A DNA stretch of 64,000 bases from Clostridia bacterium. Lineage in GTDB: Bacteria > Bacillota > Clostridia > UMGS1840. The number at the start of each line of letters is the position of its first letter. Within the stretch, counting starts at the first letter, position 1. The stretch is from positions 89,856 through 153,855 of the forward strand of contig JAZQUU010000038.1 of the NCBI GenBank assembly GCA_045631485.1. Direction: 5' to 3'. This document shows positions 9,733-18,473 of the stretch, one piece after another. A model generated the notes under the pieces. The model saw only the letters and a program-made list of their open reading frames with translations, was not told the origin of the DNA and searched no databases. A program made the position numbers and the translations under genes.

Positions 9733-11586
9733 TTAATTTTGAGGAATGATTCTTGTCACAAGATTCAGGGCTTTATCCCCTGTGGCACGCACACAAAGTT
9801 TTTTCACATTGCTAAGTGTCGTTCCTGAAGCACCGGCAATTACCAACGGCCTTGCCTCCATTACGGAAAGCTCTGCCCCCTCCGGCAAATCAAACTCAAC
9901 ACAAATGGCTGATCCGTTTTTCGTTAAGATTGCCGTGTCAGAGCCGGTAATTTCAATTGCTGCGTCGGTATGCATAAACCAGTATACGATGCTATGTTTT
10001 TTCAAATATAAAAAATCTTCTATCACAGCAACATCATCCTTGAGAGAAAAAGTTCTTTCCCCTTTTCTCAGATCAGGATATGCATTTGTTACATCAACAA
10101 CCCCGGTATTGGCGTTTATTGAATCCACAGTGGCTGTTGCATAAATATTCTGATCAGGGCCTTCATCAGGATTCACAACAAAAGTGTTGTGCCCCTCCGC
10201 TCTTTGGGTATAATAATTCCATCTGCCGGATTGAAAATCCCAAAATCCGCCTGCGGAATAATCTTCGTTACCCACTTCGGTAAACCAACGGATTCCGTTC
10301 CAGTCATAAATGAAAGAACCTAAATCCAGGTTACAGTGCGGAAGCTGATTATAACCGCCTTTGAACCCAAGAAATGCTCGGTTTTTATCCCAGGAGTTAC
10401 GAATAGTCATAACCTGCTGTCTTCCCTTGAAGCAATAGCTTGTCGGGAGTTTTTTCCATAAATCCTGTGGCGTATCTTCTCTCCACAGCATAATCATAAG
10501 ATCATAGTGAACGCCTTCCCAACTGGAATAGTTCACTCCATTGGGATTGACGGCATCGCAGTAGGAGAATGCTTCCGGAATACCATACTTTGCGCCAAAC
10601 CAAGGCATAAACGCAGTAACACTGCGATAAACAGAAGAATCGGAATAGTTGTATGCCATAAATTCATTGTTATGCTGATAAATCGGCACAAAAACGGTAC
10701 TTTCCATTCCGGGCATTTTGGAAAGATTAAAATCCGTACCTAAACAGCTATCCAGCGCTGCTATCGCATAAACAACATACTGTGCCTGATATTCCCAATA
10801 GCCGGTTCCCTCAGGAAATCCACCATTTGGCGTGAATTCTGAAAGTGGCAGCGTATAGGATCGAATCGCCTTATTCACTAAATTTGCCCACAGATCACTG
10901 TCGTCCTCCCCATACATGGTAAGACCGGCAATGATATTGGCTGAACTGAAAATAGCATTCCAGTTATTTACCTGAGTCGCATTCGCCTTCATCGGATATT
11001 GATAAAACGATAAGCTATGGGTGGCCAATCTTTTGATGGCTTCTCTGATTTCTGTCTTTTCCCCAACTGTGAGGGAATCGTAACACCAGTCATAGGCAAT
11101 CGAAAAAGCTACCGTAAGTTCTCCATACGGTAAAACATGAGTACTGTCGTTTAAGTCCAGTGTCTGATATAGCGCTAATGCTCCTTGGAGCTGTTGTCTC
11201 AACAGGTCTACATATTCTGATTCTTTTTCATTCTGATACAGAAAACTAAGTACAAAAGCACGGTCTAAAACTTCGCGGGAATATTTCAGATTATTCTGAA
11301 ATTCATCGGGATAAACAACCGGCTTGCTCCGATAAGTTTCTGCATAATTCTTTAACTTCTGGTATGTGCGGGTATTAAAGGCATTTTTGCCTTTAATACC
11401 CGTTAAAGTGTCCTCGGTAGCAATGATGCGGGGATGTACCGTGTTCATGGATTGCACCGTTTGTATCACTTCTGCATCGTCGGGAACTCCCAACAGATTG
11501 CATACCCGTTCCACATACAAATCGCACCCGTCGGTTACGGATCCAAACTCATTAATAATGATTTCATCTTTCCACTGCTCAATCAT
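9733..11586 (-). CDS. cytoplasmic heparinase II/III-family lyase (paralogue of 7012..9711, no signal peptide)
   Basis: Same motif series: HPRIIAT, NNWNAIFSS, GGFPEGTGYW, GGYNQLPHCNLDLGSF, RAEGHNTFVVNP. No N-terminal hydrophobic segment. Confidence 0.8.
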   Translation of the reverse strand: MIEQWKDEIIINEFGSVTDGCDLYVERVCNLLGVPDDAEVIQTVQSMNTVHPRIIATEDTLTGIKGKNAFNTRTYQKLKNYAETYRSKPVVYPDEFQNNLKYSREVLDRAFVLSFLYQNEKESEYVDLLRQQLQGALALYQTLDLNDSTHVLPYGELTVAFSIAYDWCYDSLTVGEKTEIREAIKRLATHSLSFYQYPMKANATQVNNWNAIFSSANIIAGLTMYGEDDSDLWANLVNKAIRSYTLPLSEFTPNGGFPEGTGYWEYQAQYVVYAIAALDSCLGTDFNLSKMPGMESTVFVPIYQHNNEFMAYNYSDSSVYRSVTAFMPWFGAKYGIPEAFSYCDAVNPNGVNYSSWEGVHYDLMIMLWREDTPQDLWKKLPTSYCFKGRQQVMTIRNSWDKNRAFLGFKGGYNQLPHCNLDLGSFIYDWNGIRWFTEVGNEDYSAGGFWDFQSGRWNYYTQRAEGHNTFVVNPDEGPDQNIYATATVDSINANTGVVDVTNAYPDLRKGERTFSLKDDVAVIEDFLYLKKHSIVYWFMHTDAAIEITGSDTAILTKNGSAICVEFDLPEGAELSVMEARPLVIAGASGTTLSNVKKLCVRATGDKALNLVTRIIPQN

Positions 11587-11604
11587 ATCAGCAGCCTCTT
11601 CCCT

Positions 11605-14600
11605 TCAATACTCAGAAAAATTTTTGGAAAGTATCGGTTTTAAAGTATTCATATCTTCAATTACAAAAACCTTTACTTCTGTATTGGTTACAGATGCATC
11701 AGAAGGTACTGTCACCTGAATCGGAATCTGAACTGAACCAACTGCCACGCTCTGATTAATCAAAGGAGTAACAGCAGTTAACTGATATGCAGAACCAATC
11801 TTTTCATACACAGCTGCAATAATGGTCGCTTGCGCTGAACTATCTGTTGCATTGTAGAAGTTAACAGCTCCGCGAATCGTTGCACCCGCAGCGATATCGT
11901 TATCGGTATACACAATATCTTTCACAAACAATCCGGATTTGGTGCTGAAAGTCACGCTTCCTGCAACAGAAGAACCGTTGACATCTGCAAGGGTGGAGTA
12001 ATCAACAACATAGTTTTTACCACCAAGAAGTCCGCCGGTAAAGGTAACTTGTACTTGAGTGGAATCACCAACCAAATCTGCTTCGTAAGCAACGGGACTG
12101 CCGTTAGCAGTTACTACAATGTTATTCAGAGATAAATGGTTAATTCTTTCACTGAAGCTCAAAACAACAGAATCGGTTGAAACAGGAGAAATTTCTGCAC
12201 CGTTAGTAATAGTAGCACCAATAAATGCAAGAGGCTCGGGCATGTCATATACTTTTACATCGTCTAAGTAAAGAATATGTTCATTACCCCAGGTTTTGGA
12301 GATACCAAAGCTGATTTTGGAAATATCGGTCAGAGGATATCCACTGCTATCGGTTTCACAATTGGTGATGCTCTGAATTAAATTATCGTTTGCATCAAAC
12401 AGCTGCATGGATTGAATCATCGTTTTTTCACCGGTTTCGTCGTATACGATTTTAATTCTGTACCAGGTGTTTCCTGCGAGAACTACGGGAGCAGTTGTAT
12501 TTTCAGGATCCATAAAGCAGGTTTTTGCAGGACCGTTTGCAAACACACTGTAGTTATAATAAGTTCCCAATGCAGAATTCACATTCTGAGGACGGGACAT
12601 ATATGCCAAACCAGTTGCTCTTGTTCTGTTCGGAACAGAATGACTATACAGTCCGAACAAGCTCTTGTTTTCAGCATAGCCGCCGGAGTTCATAAAACGT
12701 GCTTCAAATACAACCGGGTTTTCAGCCAGAGAAATAGGAGTGCTCAGTTCTGCAGAAGCAGAAATGATGTTGCCGCTTGCAGCTGAAGAAATTTTCAGAA
12801 CTTTTCCTTCACCTACCACAGCATCAGTGGTAGCATCAACAATTGCTACGGTGCCTGCGCTGCTTCCGGTCAAAGTATTGCTTACAACATTAAAGGGGTT
12901 CACTCCATCTTCAAAGGTTGCATTAATATACATACCTTCCACAGAAGCTGCTTCTGTCTGAAGAAGAACAAACACCTCATCCGGAACACTTCCGTCAAGA
13001 GCTGCCAATCCGGTCAGATTCACACGGTATGATGCAGAACCGATCACACCTTCTGCTAAGGTAATGATTAAATCAGAACCGTCAACATCTTTTGAAATGA
13101 TGGTCGGATTTGCTGCATTCACACCAACCACAGTAATATCATTCAATGTAGTATTATCTAATTCTTTGTTGAAAGGAATGGTAATGGTTGTTGCACCTGC
13201 AGATAAGCTTCCGTCGAAGGAATCATCTACAAGCAAAGCAGAGTAGTCATATACTTTTACATCATCTAAATACAGAGTATGTGTATTGCCCCAGGTTTTG
13301 GAGATACCAAAACTAATTTTGGAGATATCGGTCAGCGGGTATCCGCTGTTGTCAGTTTCGCAATTTGCGATGCTCTGAATCAAATTATCATTTGCATCAT
13401 ACAGCTGCATAGATTTCACCATGGTTTTTTCGCCGGTTTCATCATATACAATTTTGATTCTGTACCAGGTGTCTCCTGCGAGAACTACGGGAGCAGTTGT
13501 ATTTTCAGGATCCATAAAGCAGGTTTTTGCAGGACCGTTTGCAAACACACTGTAGTTATAATAAGTTCCCAATGCAGAATTCACATTCTGAGGACGGGAC
13601 ATATATGCCAAGCCGGTTGCTCTTGTTCTGTTTGAATGTGTATGGCTGTAAAGTCCGAACAGACTTTTGTTTTCAGCATAGCTGCCGGAGTTCATAAAAC
13701 GTGCTTCAAATACAACCGGGTTTTCATCCAGAGAAATAGGAGTGCTCAGTTCTGCAGAAGCAGAAATGATGTTGCCGCTTGCAGTAGAAGAAATTTTCAG
13801 AACTTTTCCGTCTCCTACTACAGCATCAGTAGTAGCATCGACAATTGCTACTGTTCCGGCGCTGGTTCCGGTCAAAGTATTGCTTACAACATTAAAGGGG
13901 TTCACTCCGGATTCAAAGGTTGCATTAATATACATACCTTCCGCAGGAGCTGCTTCTGTCTGAATAGTAACGGAGGGCGCAACGAGTTCTGAACCATCTG
14001 CCGCAGTCAGTCCGGTCAAATCAATCAGATACGATGCGCAACCAACTAATCCTTCTGCCAAAGTAATGATTAAATCAGAACCGTCAACATCTTTTGAAAT
14101 GATGGTCGGATTTGCTGCATTCACACCAACCACAGTAATATCATTCAATGTAGTATCGTCTAATTCTTTGTTGAAAGGAATGGTAATGGTTGTTGCACCT
14201 GCAGGATATGTTGTATTAAAAGAGTTTGCTACTGCCAAATCAGAATATTCGTAAATTTTCACTTCATCCAGATAAATTGTATCGGCAGCAGCCTGTGCAA
14301 ATCTGATTTTATCAATCTGTGCGGGAGGATATGCATGATTCTGAGTTGCGTATTCGGTATAATCTCCGGTTGCAATTAAATCGCCTGCATCACTATATAA
14401 CGAAATTGATTCGGTCACACCGTTGTTATACACTACCTTAATTCTGTACCAATCGGTAGTAGTTAATGTGATAATTTCTCCGTTATCATTTTTAAGAGGA
14501 TTGGTTGCATCCCATCTTGTACCGGAAGATGGGTTTACGGAATAGAAATTGTTTCCACCGCCGGGGGTGACCAATCTGGCTAATCCGTAACATTTCCCTT

Positions 14601-14991
14601 TATTGCCGCCATACATAGCAAAAAGGTATTTATAACTTCCTGTGTTGTTGGGTGCTTTAATTCTTGTTTCAAACACCAGCTTTTTATCAACAGGGATAGG
14701 ATTTTCAAAAACGATATCTGCGCCAAAATCACCAATGTTTGAGGAATCTGCCGCAGTAGAAGTAATCTGCAGAACGTTCCCGTTTCCACCAACGCCTTCA
14801 GTAGTAGAAGGAACAACACTCAGTGTTACATTGGTGTTGGTTGCTTCAAAATCACCCAGACCTATGTCGAACCCTTCATTCACATAGTATCCATTTGCAT
14901 CGGGAGTTGCGAAAGTTTCTGCGAATGCTGAGAAAGAAAATGTTCCCAACAGCATTGCAGCTGTCAGTAATAAAGATAAAATCTTTTTCAT
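11605..14991 (-). CDS. secreted multi-module surface/glycan-binding protein (three LamG/concanavalin-like plus Ig-like modules)
   Basis: Start at the ATG at 14991 (MKKILSLLLTAAMLLGTFSFSAFA signal peptide), 8 nt after a GGAGG. Modular repeats end in YLDxVKVY(E/D). No catalytic motif recognised. Confidence 0.6.
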   Translation of the reverse strand: MKKILSLLLTAAMLLGTFSFSAFAETFATPDANGYYVNEGFDIGLGDFEATNTNVTLSVVPSTTEGVGGNGNVLQITSTAADSSNIGDFGADIVFENPIPVDKKLVFETRIKAPNNTGSYKYLFAMYGGNKGKCYGLARLVTPGGGNNFYSVNPSSGTRWDATNPLKNDNGEIITLTTTDWYRIKVVYNNGVTESISLYSDAGDLIATGDYTEYATQNHAYPPAQIDKIRFAQAAADTIYLDEVKIYEYSDLAVANSFNTTYPAGATTITIPFNKELDDTTLNDITVVGVNAANPTIISKDVDGSDLIITLAEGLVGCASYLIDLTGLTAADGSELVAPSVTIQTEAAPAEGMYINATFESGVNPFNVVSNTLTGTSAGTVAIVDATTDAVVGDGKVLKISSTASGNIISASAELSTPISLDENPVVFEARFMNSGSYAENKSLFGLYSHTHSNRTRATGLAYMSRPQNVNSALGTYYNYSVFANGPAKTCFMDPENTTAPVVLAGDTWYRIKIVYDETGEKTMVKSMQLYDANDNLIQSIANCETDNSGYPLTDISKISFGISKTWGNTHTLYLDDVKVYDYSALLVDDSFDGSLSAGATTITIPFNKELDNTTLNDITVVGVNAANPTIISKDVDGSDLIITLAEGVIGSASYRVNLTGLAALDGSVPDEVFVLLQTEAASVEGMYINATFEDGVNPFNVVSNTLTGSSAGTVAIVDATTDAVVGEGKVLKISSAASGNIISASAELSTPISLAENPVVFEARFMNSGGYAENKSLFGLYSHSVPNRTRATGLAYMSRPQNVNSALGTYYNYSVFANGPAKTCFMDPENTTAPVVLAGNTWYRIKIVYDETGEKTMIQSMQLFDANDNLIQSITNCETDSSGYPLTDISKISFGISKTWGNEHILYLDDVKVYDMPEPLAFIGATITNGAEISPVSTDSVVLSFSERINHLSLNNIVVTANGSPVAYEADLVGDSTQVQVTFTGGLLGGKNYVVDYSTLADVNGSSVAGSVTFSTKSGLFVKDIVYTDNDIAAGATIRGAVNFYNATDSSAQATIIAAVYEKIGSAYQLTAVTPLINQSVAVGSVQIPIQVTVPSDASVTNTEVKVFVIEDMNTLKPILSKNFSEY
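12244..14247. repeat. direct tandem duplication, 2 x 1002 bp, in frame inside the 11605..14991 CDS
   Basis: Antisense ORFs recur at an offset of exactly 1002 (12740/13742 and 13064/14066). Both units begin gtcatatacttttacatc (12244 and 13246). The encoded 334-aa units share long identical runs, e.g. NRTRATGLAYMSRPQNVNSALGTYYNYSVFANGPAKTCFMDPENTTAPVVLAG. Confidence 0.9.
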
Positions 14992-15023
14992 ACGCTTTTC
15001 CTCCAATAAATTTTTATAAATTA

Positions 15024-16571
15024 TTAATTATATTTATTATACCAATCATTTGCTTCCTGGGTCAAAGTAGATAAACCTGCATGATTCAATTCCTCTACAT
15101 ACTGATCCCATTCGCTAAAGGGTTTTTCGCCTGTGATAAAGAGAATCTTGGCTTCTTGCACTTTAGCAGTGATAGTAGGCATATACTGTGCAGAAGAAGG
15201 AAGACTTCCCAAAATGGCATTCTGATAACCTTCAAAGTTTGCAATCTTGTCTGCAGTTTCATATCTGTCAGCATTTGTCAGTTTTGCAAATTCAAAATTG
15301 TTTCCGTTCAGGTAACCGATACCATTGGAGCTTAATCCAAGTTTAGATAATGCTAAAGAATCTGCTGTGGTATCCACAATGTTAACATATCTGTCATTCC
15401 GAATTTCGTAATGTTCCCCTTCAATGCCCTTTACAACCAAAGCATAAAGTTCTTCATCTTCCATCAGGCGATTATTGATTTCAATAATTTTTGCCATTTT
15501 TGCAGGATCATCCTTCACGTGTCTGCCTACACACAGCATCGCACCGGAAAAAACACCCCATTTGGTAGTACCGCTTTTTCCATCCTTGCCGGTAAAGGGT
15601 TTTGCAGCTACATAGCTTGCATCATCACCCTGGATTTTTTTGAAGTTGGAATAGTTTACAGAGGCTACGGAATACTCATTGGGTTCACTTACATTATAGT
15701 ACATACCGGGCACACTGAAACCGATTTTTCCGTTCCAGAAAGAAACTGCATTTGCCCAAGACTGACCTTTATTTTCGCCGGAGATGAATTCGGGATCAAT
15801 CACACCATCTTTATACCATTTGTTTAATAGCATCAGAGCTTCTTTCATCTGAGCAGTGGTGCTGGTGTAAACTACTTTTCCGTCAATTTCCTGCCAGATT
15901 TCAGGTTGAATACCAAATGCTCCGTACACTGCTTGCATACCGTTATTGGAAAGACCATAGGTGTCTTTCTGTCCGTTACCGTCGGGATCGTTATTTGCAA
16001 ACGCATAGAATGCTTTTTCAGCTTCTTCTAAAGTTTCGGGAATTTTATCGATACCAACTTCACGAAGCCAGTCATCTCTCCAGATCGGAACAAGCGGGTA
16101 CTGTCCTTGAATGCTGAGAATCGGAATTCCATAGATTTTACCGTCTTCCTTAGCATATTCCCAAATGTTGTCTCCTCCATTCTGTTTGGTAATCTCGTAC
16201 AGGGTTTTTCCTTCATTCATTAAAACTTTTTCAGGAATTTCCGCAAGAACACCCTGCTGCATATAAAGACCAAAGGTATTCACATCTGATGGTACAAACA
16301 CATCGGGAATTTCACCGGATGCAATTCGCACATTCAACAGTTCTGCTTTTTTGCTTCTGTCAATGTAAATAAATTCAAAGTTCACGCCCAACTCTTTTTC
16401 GAGCTCTTTGATTACCGGAGAATTTTCGTCAACGGGAGAATCACACTGAGGAAGCCATGTGATTGTCATCACCTCACCATCTTTTGTTCCGGTGTTGGAA
16501 CCTGCTCCACAACCCGTCAGGGCAAGCAGTGCACATAGAAAAAGTGCAACAATTCTTAATTTTTGTTTCAT
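15024..16571 (-). CDS. ABC transporter extracellular solute-binding lipoprotein (carbohydrate, LplA-like)
   Basis: Lipobox LALTGCGAGS after the signal peptide. ~515-aa size and position upstream of two sugar permeases. Confidence 0.8.
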   Translation of the reverse strand: MKQKLRIVALFLCALLALTGCGAGSNTGTKDGEVMTITWLPQCDSPVDENSPVIKELEKELGVNFEFIYIDRSKKAELLNVRIASGEIPDVFVPSDVNTFGLYMQQGVLAEIPEKVLMNEGKTLYEITKQNGGDNIWEYAKEDGKIYGIPILSIQGQYPLVPIWRDDWLREVGIDKIPETLEEAEKAFYAFANNDPDGNGQKDTYGLSNNGMQAVYGAFGIQPEIWQEIDGKVVYTSTTAQMKEALMLLNKWYKDGVIDPEFISGENKGQSWANAVSFWNGKIGFSVPGMYYNVSEPNEYSVASVNYSNFKKIQGDDASYVAAKPFTGKDGKSGTTKWGVFSGAMLCVGRHVKDDPAKMAKIIEINNRLMEDEELYALVVKGIEGEHYEIRNDRYVNIVDTTADSLALSKLGLSSNGIGYLNGNNFEFAKLTNADRYETADKIANFEGYQNAILGSLPSSAQYMPTITAKVQEAKILFITGEKPFSEWDQYVEELNHAGLSTLTQEANDWYNKYN

Positions 16572-16600
16572 GTTTTTCTCTCCTTTTTTGTTTTTTATAA

Positions 16601-17476
16601 TTAACCTTTTAATGAACCTACCATAATACCCTTCACGAAATGCTTTTGGATAAACGGATAAACAACCAGAATCGGAAGAGTGGATACAATAATAGTTGCT
16701 GATTTGACTACCTCTGCAGAGGGAACACTTCCTTCTGCACTCATCACACTCATATCACCGAACTGAGGTGCTGAATCAATGATAATTTTCCGAAGAACAG
16801 CTTGCAATACATAATTATTAGGATCACGAATATACACCAGACAATCAAACCACGCATTCCAATGTGCAACCAGACCCCATAATCCTACTGTCATTAAAAT
16901 CGGTTTCGAAATTGGAAGCACAATACTAATTAACGTTCTTAGCGGTCCTGCACCATCAATCCTTGCACTTTCCTCCAATTCCTTCGGGATTGCCATAAAG
17001 TTATTCCGAAGAATCAGCATATTAAAGGTTGGAATTGCTCCCGGAAGTACCAATGCCCATATCGTATTATCCAAACCTAACTTTCGAATATTCAAATATG
17101 ACGGAATCAAACCACCCGAAAAGAACATCGTAAAGATAATGACCAATGTGAAAAAATTTCTCATCGGGAGTTCTTTTTTGGAAAGCGGATATGCAGTCAA
17201 TATCATTAGAATAATCTGTATAGGCATTCCGATTGCAATTCTTAAAAGGGTGTTCATATACCCCTTCCATATGTATTCATTTGCCATAACCTGCTTATAA
17301 GCATCCCAAGTAGGAAGCTTTGGCCACAATGAAAATTTTTGCATTGCTGCTTCTGCCGGAGTACTAAATGATACACGGATAATATCCCAGAAGGGATAGA
17401 GCATTATCAGCGAAATCAATGTCAGCACAATAATGTTAATCACATTAAAGATTTTTTCGCCCTTCGTTCTTACCAT
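16601..17476 (-). CDS. carbohydrate ABC transporter permease (LplC-like)
   Basis: Multi-TM protein with the EAA-loop region ELEESARIDGAGPLRTLISIVLP. Start at the ATG at 17476, 7 nt after AAAGGAGG. Confidence 0.8.
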   Translation of the reverse strand: MVRTKGEKIFNVINIIVLTLISLIMLYPFWDIIRVSFSTPAEAAMQKFSLWPKLPTWDAYKQVMANEYIWKGYMNTLLRIAIGMPIQIILMILTAYPLSKKELPMRNFFTLVIIFTMFFSGGLIPSYLNIRKLGLDNTIWALVLPGAIPTFNMLILRNNFMAIPKELEESARIDGAGPLRTLISIVLPISKPILMTVGLWGLVAHWNAWFDCLVYIRDPNNYVLQAVLRKIIIDSAPQFGDMSVMSAEGSVPSAEVVKSATIIVSTLPILVVYPFIQKHFVKGIMVGSLKG

Positions 17477-17489
17477 GCCTCTACCTCCT

Positions 17490-18455
17490 TTACCATAAGC
17501 CATAGTCGCTGAATTTACCCGAGATATAGTTGGTGGTTAAAATCAGCACAAACGCTATTACATTTTTAAACAAGCCAATCGCAGTGGAGTAACTGTATTG
17601 CATACCCTCCAGACCAACACGGTAAACATAAGTGGATAAAACATCTCCCACACTGTAAACCGCCGGATTGTATAAATTGAAAATCTGGTCAAAATCATCA
17701 TTTACAATTCCGCCAACCGCAAAGATAAACATAATCACAATAACATTTGCAATAGAAGGCAATGTAATATGTAGAGTTTGCTTCAACCGACCAGCTCCAT
17801 CCAAAGTTGCAGCTTCATATAATTCAGTATCCACAGAGCTTAATGCAGCCAGATAAATAATGGAACTCCATCCCACTTCCTTCCATAGTGATAAAATCAC
17901 AAGCATCGGACGGAACCACTCTTTATCAGCAAGAAAATAAATTGGCTTTATCCCCATACTTACCAGCAAACTGTTGATAGGTCCTGTAGATGGAGACAAT
18001 AATGATTGTGCTACACCGGCTAATACAACCCAAGATAAGAAATGCGGTAAATATGATACTGTCTGCACGGTCTTTTTAAACCGCAAAATTCGTACTTCAT
18101 TTAAAAGCAATGCAAAAATAATCGGCATCGGAAAGCAAATTAACAATTTTAATCCGCTGATAATAAGTGTGTTTTTAAACACGCGCCAGAACTCCGGGTT
18201 GGAAAGCGCCATTTCGTAGTATTTAAATCCAACCCAAGGACTTGCGGCAATCCCATCTAAAATTTTAAAATCCTTAAAGCTGATAACAAGACCATACATC
18301 GGCATATAACAAAATACGATGTAATAAATCAACCCTGGTATCAGCATCAGAAGAAACGCCTTGTTCACTTTGACCGAATGAAGAAAACGTTTGAATTTAC
18401 CTTGTGAACCATATTCCAAAGGAATTGCTTCCGTTGAAGTAACATTCTTGGTCAT
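17490..18455 (-). CDS. carbohydrate ABC transporter permease (LplB-like)
   Basis: Multi-TM protein with EAA loop YEAATLDGAGRLKQTLHITLP. Confidence 0.8.
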   Translation of the reverse strand: MTKNVTSTEAIPLEYGSQGKFKRFLHSVKVNKAFLLMLIPGLIYYIVFCYMPMYGLVISFKDFKILDGIAASPWVGFKYYEMALSNPEFWRVFKNTLIISGLKLLICFPMPIIFALLLNEVRILRFKKTVQTVSYLPHFLSWVVLAGVAQSLLSPSTGPINSLLVSMGIKPIYFLADKEWFRPMLVILSLWKEVGWSSIIYLAALSSVDTELYEAATLDGAGRLKQTLHITLPSIANVIVIMFIFAVGGIVNDDFDQIFNLYNPAVYSVGDVLSTYVYRVGLEGMQYSYSTAIGLFKNVIAFVLILTTNYISGKFSDYGLW

Positions 18456-18473
18456 TTTCGCGCCTCCTTTCCT

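Noticed and set aside
12412-13992. Several 118-124-aa plus-strand ORFs (12412-12786, 13279-13635, 13636-13992 and smaller ones)
   Set aside because: They are antisense shadows of the 1129-aa minus-strand gene. They recur only because of the 1002-bp duplication, with no independent start signals.
12244-14247. Possibility that the repeated structure is a CRISPR array or satellite
   Set aside because: The repeat unit is 1002 bp, in frame and protein-coding, with no short repeat/spacer periodicity.
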